The notes under the pieces were generated by a model. That model was given only the letters and a program-made list of their open reading frames with translations. It was not told the DNA's origin and made no database searches. Positions 23,719 to 36,283 of a stretch of 54,332 nt of DNA are shown piece by piece (positions within the stretch are counted from its first letter, which is position 1; each line of letters opens with the position of its first letter). The translations under genes were made by a program, and so were the position numbers. The stretch is from Octopus sinensis (taxonomy: Eukaryota), in assembly GCF_006345805.1 (NCBI RefSeq), contig NW_021833866.1:1-54332 (forward strand). Reading direction: 5' to 3'.

Positions 23719-24788
23719 GTAATAATTATTAACTTTGAGGTTTTTATTCCCATGCTAGCCACCTGATAAGATCGGTATTTTAAATAACGATCTTATCCTT
23801 ATTTATATAAATTGATAGACAGACAGACAGATACATATATATATAAATATATAACCTCTAACTTAACTCACACACACACACATATATATGTATATATATA
23901 TTATTATTCTATATATATATATATATATATGTATATAAGAGGTTATAACAACCGTCTAAGAGATACTTGTATCCAATGAATCCACTGGTGTATTACCAAT
24001 ATTTAATCCTGAGCATTGGTGTTAATGCTCATAAATGATAGGTAATGACAAAAATAAACTAGAGTTTATCGTTTAGAGCGGAAGAAACAGTAGTCAAAGA
24101 AGTCAGGAGAGTCGAAAGTAACAAACAAAACTGTTGAGTGTAACCAATTAAGAGGCCAATAACTTTTATGGAATAAATAAACAGTTCTTTAGGGAGTTTT
24201 TAGAGAGTTCTTTCATTTACCTCTGAAATGTGTAGACTTCTTTTGGTGAGCTCCTCTTTTATTCACCAGTCTAATGATTTAATTTCTATCCATTTTCTGT
24301 CTCTATTTTTTCCGACTGAACTCTTGTTACTTCTGAATTCACAGTACCATTCCGCTTTCTTTACGTTGCCAAGTTCACTATTGTAGTAACCAGTTCCAAA
24401 ACCTTCCACCGTTCACATTAACCGCCGAAACCAACTTCACACTCGGCACTAAATACTGTGTCAACTGTTCCACACGAATTTTATCCGGCACCATCTCACA
24501 GATCGACCGCATGGCACCGGTTCCTACAGGAAAAACCGCTCACGTCGACTTTCATCAAGTTGCCCGTCGCACATTGTCTTCCTGCACGAACTAACTAGTG
24601 GGCAATAGAACTCTTTATACTTCGACCCACGCCGTAAAAGAGCTACAAAATCATACTGCCAACGCGTTAAACAGTCACGTGTTCACAAAGAATTGAATTT
24701 TTTTTCGTCTCCGCTTGCAAAACCAGAGAGTGGTGTTTCGATTCGCGTCGTAAAATTATCTGAATATAATCTTTTTTCCTTCGTAACA

Positions 24789-24861
<73 letters not shown>

Positions 24862-24874
24862 TATATATATTTTT

Positions 24875-25469
24875 AATTAGAGATAAAACCACTATTAGGC
24901 AAATCAAACAGTGAAAAACATAAACCAAATCATAGAATAAATTTAATTAATATAATTCACAAAATATATAAAATATAAAATTCAAAATTTAAATTATTTA
25001 AATTTAAAGTTAAAATTTTTAAAATTTATAAATTATTATTTTATATTTATAAATTTTTATATATATATATATCTCTATATATAAACGGCAGTTTGTCTGT
25101 GCGTGTTTCTGTGTGTCTGTTTGCTTGTACCCTCACCCTGATCACGGCTTTCAACCGATTCTGATGAAACTTGACACACACATAGCCCAATGTCATAATT
25201 CAAAACTAACGCAGCCAAAATTTTGAAAAGTTTCCCCAGTTCTGAAAAAAATCGATAAATTCGACATGGGGTCGAGAATCAGAAACACGAACCACAAACT
25301 GTCTAGGGGACGCAACTCCATCCTTTTTTAACTCTCAAAAAAAAATTTACCATCATTTTTTTCCATTTTTTTGCTATTTTTCGGCTATAACTCTCTAAAA
25401 ATGCTTTATAGTTATTTCCCTTACAAACCTGAGCAACGCCGGCGATACTGCTAGTATATATATATATAT

Positions 25470-25504
<35 letters not shown>

Positions 25505-25520
25505 ATATATATATATATAT

Positions 25521-25559
<39 letters not shown>

Positions 25560-25945
25560 TATTATTATTTTTTATTTTTATTTTTATTTTTATTTATTTA
25601 ATTATATATTTATTTAAATTTTTATTTTTTATTATTTATTTATTTATTTTTTTATATATTATATCAAATATATATAACTATCAAAAAGTATTAAAAAGTT
25701 TAATATAAGATAAAAAGTAAAACCACTACGATCGTTTCATGCCCATAACCATTCGAATAACAATAATTTAAATTCAAATAATAATTCGAATTATTTTGAA
25801 ATTTTTAACTTTAAATTTAAATAATTTAAATTTTGAATTTTATATTTTATATATTTTGTGAATTATATTAATTAATTTTATTTCTATGTTTTGGTTTATG
25901 TTTTTCACTGTTTGATTTGCCTAATAGTGGTTTTTATCTCTAATT
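24875..25945. repeat. Inverted pair of about 150-bp AT-rich repeats (24875-25025 and 25795-25945)
   Basis: AATTAGAGATAAAACCACTATTAGGCAAATCAAACAGTG... and its reverse complement. Confidence 0.85.
25072..25454 (+). mobile_element. Non-autonomous Helitron
   Basis: Inserted between A and T; 5' TC(TCTATATATAAA); 3' GAGCAACGCCGGCGATACTG-CTAG terminus. Confidence 0.8.
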
Positions 25946-26031
25946 TAAGATATATAAATATTTATACTGTAAAATTAGATTTAATCCTAAATCTAATTTT
26001 TCCCTGTAAGTTGGATTTACTCCCTAATATT

Positions 26032-26094
<63 letters not shown>

Positions 26095-26999
26095 TATATA
26101 TATATAAACCCCCACACATGCATATGCATATATAAGTGAATGTACATATATAGATATATTTGCATATTTACACGCATAAATAAAAACACGTGTATATATA
26201 TATATATACGCACGCACGTGCACACACACACACACACACACATTCATGTATGTGTGTGTGTATAGATATGAATATACATATAGATATAGGTATACGCTAT
26301 CGTACACACACACGTACATTCCGAGATGAAATGGTTAACCCTGTCTTCATTGTTGTTGAAGGCGGAAGGTGTAACCAAAGTTGAAATACTTTCACGTACA
26401 CACTCGCATAGCATCTACGTGTATACACACACACACACACATGCGAATATAAACTCTAATACATAATACATATTCCTATTTGTATAAAGTATATATGCGC
26501 ATACATGCGTGCATAGAGATATGTACACACACCAACATGCATACGGACATATACACATAATTATGCATACACATTACGCCTGTAAGACATTAATATGAAC
26601 TCATATACATTCGCAAGTGCGCATAAATAAAAAGAAACTATACATGATTAAATACCTGTCAGCATGTATATAAACGACGCGCGTAAAGGTATATAATGAT
26701 GATGATAATAATAATGATAGGGATGATGATGATGATGATGATGATGAAATTATGACGTAGAAAAGAACCGGTTGGCGCACAAATTATATAAATATATATA
26801 TGAATAAATAAAATAATGAATAGATAAATAAAATAAGGTGAAGTAAAAGAAATAAAAGAAATAAGTATAAGACATTGAAATATATACACACACACGCATA
26901 TATAAAAAGAAAGGAAATAAGAAGAAGATGCAGGAAATTGATATGTGAAGGAAGAGGGTTGAACTGCGCAAGAAATTTGAAAATTAATAAATGAAAACA

Positions 27000-27432
27000 T
27001 AACGGTAAAGTGTCTCTTTTCGTCAGACGGGTTGGTGGTTCTTGCCTAGTAAAGGTGCTTGTATAGGTCGTGACATAAAGTCCAAGCGAAAACGGTGTGC
27101 AATTTTCCAAAATGTAATGAACTTTGAGTGCCATGGCGTCCAAAACTGTGTTGTGCAAATGCATGGTAAAGAATAGGAAGTGATTTCGAAACTGTGAAAG
27201 CTGTTGGGTAGCTTAGAGTATGTCAAACATGTCAAGGTTGGAACCTGTAAAGATTGATATATAGCGTTGGTGCAGAGAACAGTTTATTAGTGAGGCAACG
27301 GGCTGATGTGAGAACGTTTCCGGCAATAATTAGGAGCATGCCGAGTATTATCTTGTTGGCAACATGAAGAATTATAGAAGGGACTTCCTTTGGTGGGAAC
27401 ATGAGGAAAACAACTCTGATTTGAAATTCAAG
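27000..27432 (-). mobile_element. Highly decayed probable Penelope-like element fragment
   Basis: Minus-strand remnants such as PLPH..CTNAIYQS and FRNH resemble PLE endonuclease-region motifs; many stops. Confidence 0.35.
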
Positions 27433-27434
27433 TA

Positions 27435-27782
27435 TGAGGGCTGAGTGAAAATGTTAAACTTTTCTTCTAAGCAGAGTTAACACTTACCGTTAAAATGGGC
27501 AGGAGTAGATTCTATAATGGACCACCTAATGCTGTAATTGATTTCGTTGTGTTTTTAAACTCCAAATATATTTCGAAAAGGTTGTTGCAGATTTTTTATC
27601 TCATGTCTGATAGTGTATATACGCTGTGGGTATCTGGATTTAAAAGTGTTCTTTCTTGGGCAGGTTTCTTCCACTATAGCCAAGATGAGCAATACATTGT
27701 GAGAAAATTTGGTAGAATCTACTCCTGCCCATTTTAACGGTAAGTGTTAACTCTGCTTAGAAGAAAAGTTTAACATTTTCAC
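27435..27782. mobile_element. mariner-type MITE with 70-bp perfect inverted repeats
   Basis: 27445-27514 is the exact reverse complement of 27713-27782; left end TA|TGAGGGCTGAGTGAAAA; the right tip is replaced by (TACA)n. Confidence 0.8.
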
Positions 27783-27970
27783 ATACATACATACATACAT
27801 ACATACATACATACATACATACATACATACATACACACATACACACGTACATACATGTATATATATATATGTGTGCGTGTGTATGTGTGTCTTTATGTAT
27901 ATATACACTTACATTACATACACACATATATTTATATATATATATATTATCTATATATATAATATATATA

Positions 27971-28019
<49 letters not shown>

Positions 28020-28885
28020 TATGCGTACACCTAAGTATATATATTTGTGTATGTGTATGCATGTGTACACACATATCTGTTGTATGTTATGCCACTCACA
28101 AACTAGTTCAATAGACAGGTAATTCAATTGATGAAACAATTGAATTTTCATCATCGCTAAAACCGACGGAGATCCCTTGTAACATGTGTGTATTTTGTAT
28201 ATGTATGCTCGTATGTGTATGTGTGTGCGTTGGTGTGGGTGTGGAGTGACGCGGGGTGGGGGTGTGGCTGCGGATGTATGGCTGTGTGCGTGTATGTATC
28301 TCTGTGTATGTATGCATATATATATGTGTGTGTGTGTGTGTGTATGTGTACTCAAACTTGCACATCAACGTACAAGACACTCGGAGAAAGCGAAAAAGAT
28401 TAAGGAGCACACAGATGGGTGTGTGTCCGTGTGTCCCTTTTTTCTCTCTCATCCTCCCACTATCACCTATTCTCACTCTCAGCCTCAATAACTCCCCCCG
28501 TCTCTCTCACCCTCACTCTCCTTCTCTCTCCCATTACCCGCACCTCCCACTTTCTTCTATGTCAACATACCAATGGAATCCACCAACTTCCAACACCAGA
28601 AACAAAAGTGTTTTCTGAGAAATCATCGATCAAACTGAATGTCGTGGGGTTAAGAGAAGGGGGTTAAAGGTGAGTGGAGAGGGGAATGGTGGGACTTTGT
28701 TGAGAAACGGGTACTCAGTGACCTTTCACACTGGGTATATTCAGGTGGCGGCCAAATCTTTTGTTTTCTGGACCCATTCTCTCTCACTCTCTATCTCTCC
28801 CTCTCCCCTTCTCTCTCTCCCTCTGTCTATCATCTATCTATCTATCCCATTCTCACTGATTCTCCTCTTCTGTCTCTGAAATTGT

Positions 28886-28924
<39 letters not shown>

Positions 28925-28983
28925 AGAATTTTCTGTACATCACACCTAACACTCTACACACAAATACGCATATATATATATAT

Positions 28984-29015
<32 letters not shown>

Positions 29016-29023
29016 CATATATA

Positions 29024-29070
<47 letters not shown>

Positions 29071-29106
29071 ATATATATATATATATATATCGAGCTGTTG
29101 CCATCT

Positions 29107-29155
29107 CTAGCAGACGAGGTTGCCAGTAATAGCCCGAAACCGGCTGGTCTGCTGG
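29107..29155 (+). ncRNA. Degenerate hammerhead-like motif
   Basis: CTAG-CAGACGA-GGTTG...TAGCC-C-GAAAC-CGGCTG-GTC-TGCTGG; core altered (CAGA instead of CUGA). Confidence 0.4.
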
Positions 29156-31229
29156 CCCCGTAGCTTGAAGGTGGTAGTGGTTCGTTCCCCTGCTTGCAGT
29201 ACCTTGGGTGCAGATGTGCATCGTTAAGCAGCTAGAGGAGATACCCTCTAGGGGTTAAAAAATCGCAGTAAATTCCGCTCGAACAGAACAGCCATGTTGA
29301 AATTGCTATGAACATTACTTGCTAGTACAACTGCTGCGATCATCTCTTACAAAGATTTTAGAACTAGTTCTGTAGTTTGTGTGTGTGAGAGAAACAGAGA
29401 TAAACAGAGATGTATGTGTATTTTTGTGTGTGTGTGTGAGTGTAAGATGGAGAGAATTGGTTTTGTAGTTGAAAATGCACCTGGGTCTTGAAACGAATTG
29501 CAGTGATTTTTTTCATCACTTAAAATACTATATTGTTTTGTTTCGTCAGGTGAACCCTGACTGAGCTGAGCTATTGTCATGTAGCTAAAGAGACATTAGC
29601 CAAGACGATTCCATCTTTTACTTCAGACAATATGCTTCACCGACTTCATTATTGTTGCTTATCTAGACATATATAGATGTGTGTGTGCGTGTGTTATCAT
29701 TTCACATGCCAATTCTTCCAACAAAGTCTAGCAATCGGTCTCATCCTAACACGACAGGAATTTGAGACTCTGACGATTCTTGAAGAGAAATTGTTTTTCA
29801 CTTAAGAAAATTCTTTATCTTTCGTCGCTCAGTGTTTGCTACATTTATTTCCGTTAATGTTGACTTTTATGGACACTAATGTCGGATTGATATAATGTTA
29901 TGCAATAAATTTTGTTGTGGACATGACTACATTTTTCTTCTTATCTCAAAAAACAAAATAAGATGGGGTGCGGATGGAATCGAGATGTTGAACTGTTAAA
30001 AAGGGATGAAATACAAACAAATGGTTATAAAACATTACGGTACAATTATTTTTTTGCCTTTTTCTTCTCTGAAGACTTCACTTGATCCCACCCAAAGTGT
30101 CATCCGAACCAAAGTTCCATTCTTCACCACAAAGTAGGCTCCCACCTAAAGTAACAAACCCTCCCCAAATCCCAAACAATCTTATTCCAGAAATTCTTAC
30201 ATAAATACGGTAAACGGGATACGCCACGATAAGAAGTGTTCGGTTGTTTGTGAAATAAATTTGATGGATACAAGCCAAGGAAAAATATGTCACTGGAGAA
30301 ACTGTGACAGGAATAAGATCTACAGCACACATGAGTCACACGTATGTATATATACATACAAACACACACATACATGCATAGATATATGTATGCATACAGT
30401 TATATACATACATACGTGCATATATACATACACACATTCATACATAAACAGGGTGTGCGTTGCGCTACTTGTATGTATCAAGGGTTGAACAGAAAGAATA
30501 CAACAAGGAGAAGTTAGACGAAAGCAGAGCAAACGGGAAACTAGACGAAAACTTAACGGACGGGAAATTAGACAAAGACACGATACACGGAATGTTGGCA
30601 GCTGAGTCTTTCTCTTCAGTCAATAACGCGAAACATCATAGCAGTTTTACGCCAGTTACCATTGATACAGCTCAATTTTGCAGGTGCCAGAGCTTTTTAT
30701 TAAGCTACTGGGAAAAAGCAAACAAATGTGTACTAAGAAAGAAACAAACAATACATTATATAAATACAACAAAGAATTATGCATATATAACAGCACGAAG
30801 CCTTACGGCAATATACAACGGAACAAAATGATAATTATACATATACCACAAATATAACAGAAAGAGCGTTGCAGCTATCGAACGACCTTAGTGGGGTTGT
30901 GCAAAGAGGAAATGGGGTAAGCCCTAGAGTAGGGAGCCGAGGCCAACAATGACCAGTCAGGCCAGAGCGGAAAAATAACAACACCGCCTTCACCGGACAC
31001 TGGACACATGGCAGGCAAGGGAGGTAAGCGACGGCGGAAAGAAAGAGTAAGAGTCGAGAAAGAGAGTACGAGTAAAGAGGGAAAAAGATATAGTAAGCAG
31101 GAAAGAGGGGGAAAAAGAGAAAGAGAAAACGAAAGAGAAAGGGAAACAGAGAGAGAAAAGAATGGTGCAAGGAAATGCGTGCGTGTATACATGCATAGTA
31201 TTCGGGAAAAATTTGGCGATATTTTATAT

Positions 31230-31990
31230 CCTTGCTTTCGAAATAGCTTGATATATTGGTGAAGAGTCCACGGCGTTGGAGAGTATAAAGATTAAAGTTG
31301 TAGTTGAGAAAAAGTTAGCTGAGATGATGGAATGGAAGCCATCGGAATATTGGGAAGGAGTTAGCTGTATCAGGATGATTCGTGGTTGAAAATGCCGACA
31401 TCGTGATTGCTGTTCACAACTCTGTGAACACAACAAGGGATGTAAGACGTGACATGGACATCGTGAAAAACCAGGTTTTCCCAAACTATGATGGTATCTT
31501 CGTTGATGATGACGTCATGCCGCCCCACGTCACTGATTAGAGCCTTAGGCTCAATTCAAGCGGCTATGTAAGCTGTTACAGGCAATGGTCAAATCCTGGC
31601 TGGAGAGGTTTGCTGCTGGAAAGTCATATGCGCAGCTACTGGATTCATTCAGCTCAATGCCATACGTCCCGAAAGAATCAGGACTGGTTAATCAGAGAAT
31701 TCCCCCCACCTGCACCAGCCCCAATTTCTGGCCTCCTAATTCTCCCGATTGTAATCTTGTGGATTACAATGTGTGAGGTGCGGTTGAGAAAGACACCTGC
31801 AACCCCAAGGTCAAGCTGATAGCCAAGATCAAGAAGGTGCTTGAATATCTTGCCACGGGATACAATGAGGAACGCATGTGCCAGGTCCCAGAGCCATGTT
31901 GAGGCCATGATGGAAAGTGAGGGCTGCTACTTTCGGTAAATTGTTACTTCCCAGCCATAATCTAGTTGTTATTTTGTAATATTCATCAGC
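31230..31990 (+). mobile_element. maT/DD37D-like transposon relic (probably internally deleted)
   Basis: VKSWLERFAAGKSY, CHTSRKNQDWL, PNFWPPNSPDCNLVDYNV*GAVEK, HVEAMMESEGCYF; the left boundary is approximate. Confidence 0.85.
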
Positions 31991-32310
31991 GATGGGAACC
32001 AGAATCTGCGTAGTTTTCGGACGCATACATACATGTGCGCGTGTGTGTGTGTGTGCACAAAGAATCTAGAAATAGCTGACATTAGTATTCTCTTACTTCT
32101 TGTGACAGGATTTAAACCCAGGGACCAGAGAGAGAGAGACAGACAGACAGGGTGTAAATGTAATGTATTTTATTCCCTAGATTCTGTTTTTACTGCAATG
32201 GTCCCTTTGAAATATACATAATGTGTGTTTGTGTGTATGTATTTACGTGTATGTGTTTGCATACACACATCTGTATTCATATATGCATGCATAAATACGC
32301 ACAGTCACAC

Positions 32311-32346
<36 letters not shown>

Positions 32347-33393
32347 ACTTGGAAATGGATATATACCTACATACATAAAATAAATAGGTATATAATATAT
32401 ATATATATAATATATATATAATCTATATATATATATATATATATACATATATACATACATACATACATACATACATATATGCATATACATGTATATGTAT
32501 GCATCCATATTACATACATATATACACGCATACATTCAAATTTACAAACATTTATATATATACGTACATACATAATTGGGATTTTTGCTGTACCCACGCG
32601 AATAAGTGGTTCGCTGAAATAAAGGTTGACAACAACAACAACAACAGCAAGGACTGAGAAACAAAAATGAAATCCACCCCACAACCTAAAAAAACAACAA
32701 TAAACAACAAATAAAATCTCATGAATCCCTTTTGGGCACTAAATGACCTTTTTTGGTTAACCTAACCCGCATGCCTGAATTAATTAAGTAATTAGCGAAT
32801 GATTAACGAGATTTCAACCGACGAACGAAGAACGCGTGGCTATTAATTTGGAACGCAAGGACCCAACGAAATCAGTCAAAGAACCAGAATTTAAGGTGCA
32901 AGGTTACATAGCTTGATGTATTAGATTTTGAAAGGACGAAGAAGAGTAGAGCTGTATTTTGTTTCGTTTGGTTTGTTGTTTGTTTAGGGTTTTTTTTTCT
33001 TTTATTTCGTTCCACCCACATCAGCTCTCATCTTTGGAAAAGAAAATAGCAGATGGCGAAAAGGAGGGGAGGTCTCTACTGTTTTATTGTATTAAAATGC
33101 TTTTTATGCTTAACGTTATGACATTTCCTGGTGTCTCGTCTACGTTCCCAGTCCTAAGCCTATTCATTGGGTGTGAGGGTTGTTTTTGCATATTATCCCT
33201 CTTGAGTTGACAAAATAGTGTATTAATTAATTAATTAAATGAATGGTAAGTTAAAATATTATTGTCGATAGCTAAGTCAGAATCCTTGGTAATATATATA
33301 TATATGTAAGATAATAAATCGTATGGTATACACCTGATAGCTTACCGGTAAAGCACGTTCACTTTCACAGTGTTCGTTGGGTATTTGATTTAT

Positions 33394-33782
33394 GAAACGG
33401 AAGATGGAAGATACGAGAATGCTTATTGATCACTACGATTGTTTCGGCCCATCCACCATCGATCCTTCACGGGTGCGATACTTAACAAGTGTATTGTGAA
33501 TCCTCTCCTTTTTGTATCTGTTATTTATTATTAATTTTCTACAAAAATGAAACTGAATCCCTCAATTTGTTACTTGTCTGTACACAAATCGAGAAGGAAT
33601 CTGGCAGAACCAGTTGTTATTTTAACGAAATACATATTATAATCACCTGAAGAGACACATCTACACCTACAGATACTCCTAAACTAGTTGTTAAGTATCC
33701 CACCCTTGAGGGATCGATGCTGGATGGATCGAAGCAATTGTAGTAATTAATAAACATTCTCGTATCTTTCACCTTCCGTCTC
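33394..33782. repeat. 95-bp inverted repeat pair (14 mismatches) around a 199-bp spacer; arms contain decayed hammerhead-like sequence
   Basis: 33394-33488 versus 33688-33782 aligned by eye. Confidence 0.85.
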
Positions 33783-33826
33783 TTGCATATATATATTTGT
33801 ATGTATGTAGGTAGGTATCTATGTGT

Positions 33827-33866
<40 letters not shown>

Positions 33867-34324
33867 TGTGGTGTCGTGTGTGTGTAAATACAGAAATTTT
33901 AAAAGTCACAGAATAAACTGTCACAAGAATAATTCATAGGGAAAAAGTCTTGAAATGAATAGCGACATTAAAAAGTCTTAGAATGAAGAAAAAAAAAACA
34001 ATGAAAAGTTGAAGGAAAAATATCAGTGGGAAAAAAAAAACAGTAGAAAGTGAAAAGTACAAAATCAGAAGTAAGAGTTCGCGTCTCATGAAAAGTCCAA
34101 GAATGAATTGTTACGGGAAAAAGAAACCAGGAAAAAAAATCAGGATAGAGACCCAGGAGGAAGAAGTTTTAGAAAGAATCGTAACAAAGGGAAAAGTCAC
34201 CGAATAAATAATGGCAGGAAGCATGGTCCCAGGGTAGAATGATAAGAATATAATGAAGTTTTGTATAATAGTAGGATATAAATTTGGTGGATGAGTATAC
34301 CTGGTAATAGGTACCATGTTTATG

Positions 34325-34535
34325 GCGGTGAGCCAGCAGAATCGTTAGCACAGCGGACAAAATGGTTAGTGACAATGCGTCCGGCTTTTACTTTCTGAAT
34401 TCAAATTCCACCGAGCTCAACTTTGGCTTTCATGATCAATAGACTAAGTTCTAGTTGAACCCTGGGACCGAAGTAATCGATTTATCACTTCCCTCGAAAT
34501 TGCTGGCCTTGTGCCAAAATTGGAAACCAATATGT
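34325..34535 (+). mobile_element. Octopod SINE of a second family (decayed)
   Basis: GGCGGTGAGCCAGCAGAATCGTTAGCAC...GAATTCAAATTCC (B-box-like)...GTAATCGA...GGCCTTGTGCC. Confidence 0.65.
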
Positions 34536-34879
34536 ACCGTAATTTTGCTAATGGTTTTAGGTGTCTATATAGTCGCGTGCAGGTGTATACACTTAATCGC
34601 TTTACACTTAATCCAGTGGATCATCAAGGATTTCACAGCTAGGAGCTACTCTGCACAGACTGCATTAATGTAAGATGGACGGCTTTGTCCGAGGGCACCA
34701 TGCACTGCCTAATTCTGAGATTGAACTTACGACTTTATGATTTTGAGCAGACCAGCGCTATGAAGGCCACTCGCCTTCATAACGTTGCAAAACACTAGCT
34801 TCATTAGCGCCAATACAAAAGTTTTATTTAAGATATTCAATGAAACATGATTTTTCTTTCGGATGTTGTTGAACACCGC

Positions 34880-35125
34880 AGGTCACAATGCACTTCCTTG
34901 CGTTGTTTTAGCTTTCGAATGATGTCACCCTGTTGACTTAGCAAGCAGGCAAACATTCCCGTTGAAGTGAACACCTCAGGGCTCCCCATTTGCAGGGGAG
35001 TGGACTGAAGCACACGAAGTTAAGTGTTTTACTCAAGAGCACAACACTCCGCCAGTCGGGGATTCGATACCATGATCCTGCGATCTGGACTGCAACATCC
35101 AGGACCAGGCGCTTTGGCACAAATA
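34880..35125 (-). mobile_element. tRNA-derived SINE with a CORE-like central domain
   Basis: Reverse complement has B-box GTATCGAATCCC and TGTGCTCTTGAGTAAAACACTTAACTTCGTGTGCTTCAGTCCACTCCCCTGCAAATGGGGA. Confidence 0.7.
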
Positions 35126-35170
35126 TGTGCGTGTGATGTGAGTGCACGTACATACATACATACATACATA

Positions 35171-35472
35171 CGCAATGGCCTAGTGGTTAGGGCAGCGGAC
35201 TCACGGTCGCAGGATCGCGGTTTCGATTCCCAGACCGGGCGTTGTGAGTGTTTATTGAGCGAAAACACCTAAAAGCTCCACGAGGCTCCGGCAGGGGTAG
35301 TGACCCCTGCTGTACTCTTTCACCACTCTTTCTCTCACTCTTTCTTCTGTTTGCCTGCTCGCTTAGCCAGCGGGGTGGCGTCATTCGAAGGCTAAAACAA
35401 TGCGAACGCATTGTGATCAGCGATGTGTGTAACAACATCTGATGGTCTGGTCGGTCACGTGATCACGTGATC

Positions 35473-35474
<2 letters not shown>
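35171..35474 (+). mobile_element. tRNA-derived SINE with clear A and B boxes and a (CACGTGAT)n tail
   Basis: TGGCCTAGTGG (A box), GGTTTCGATTCC (B box), non-tRNA body, 3' end shared with the inverted neighbour. Confidence 0.8.
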
Positions 35475-35532
<58 letters not shown>

Positions 35533-35659
35533 TATATATACATACATACATACATACATACATACATACATACACACACACACGCGCAAACACACACACA
35601 CACGCAAACACACACACACATCTATCGCTTTAATTGTTTTGTCTGCCCATATATATAGG

Positions 35660-35965
35660 GGCGCATAGTTAAATTGTTAAGGTGTTGCACTCACGATCGT
35701 GATATCGTGGTTTCAAATCCTAGACCGGGTGTTGCGTCGTGTTCTAAAGCAGAGCACTTCATCTCACATTGCTCTACAATCACTTCGACACCTGACGTGT
35801 GGTACACCTGTGCACCTGTCCAGGTAACGTCGATTTGATGGGTTGGGGTGAGCTGATGTTCAGCACAACAAACATTTGATCGCTATAAACAAATCATCTG
35901 TACAGGTTGCTTGGCAAAAGCTGACCACTCGCACGTTGTCTTCGACGGGAGAGTCCACCATAGTT
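35660..35965 (+). mobile_element. tRNA-derived SINE (decayed); its 3' part also occurs inverted at about 20500-20580
   Basis: GGTTTCAAATCC B-box-like; 3' AAACATTTGATCGCTATAAACAAATC..GTCTTCGAC. Confidence 0.65.
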
Positions 35966-35967
35966 AT

Positions 35968-36251
35968 CATATACATACATACATACATACATACATGCAT
36001 ACATACATACATACATACATACATACATACATACATACATGCATGCATGCATACATACATACATACATACATGCATACATACATACATAGATACATACAT
36101 ACATAGATACATACATACATGCATGCATACATACATACATACATACATACATGCATACATACATACATAGATACATACATACATAGATACATACATACAT
36201 ACATACATGCATGCATGCATACATACATACATACATACATACATACATACA

Positions 36252-36283
<32 letters not shown>

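Noticed and set aside
30090-30300. Possible L1/Tx1-type fragment (KNFWNKI, VKNGTLVR..W.G)
   Set aside because: The motif resemblance is too weak and frame-broken to call
32770-32860. TAAT clusters as homeodomain enhancers (also about 4765, 42410-42510, 48020-48080)
   Set aside because: TAAT is too frequent in AT-rich DNA to be informative without conservation data
35171-35245. tRNA gene
   Set aside because: A and B boxes are present but continue into a SINE body without a closing acceptor stem; the same applies to the other SINE heads
35456-35469. Tandem CACGTG E-boxes
   Set aside because: They are the SINE's tandem tail unit; no independent evidence of regulatory use
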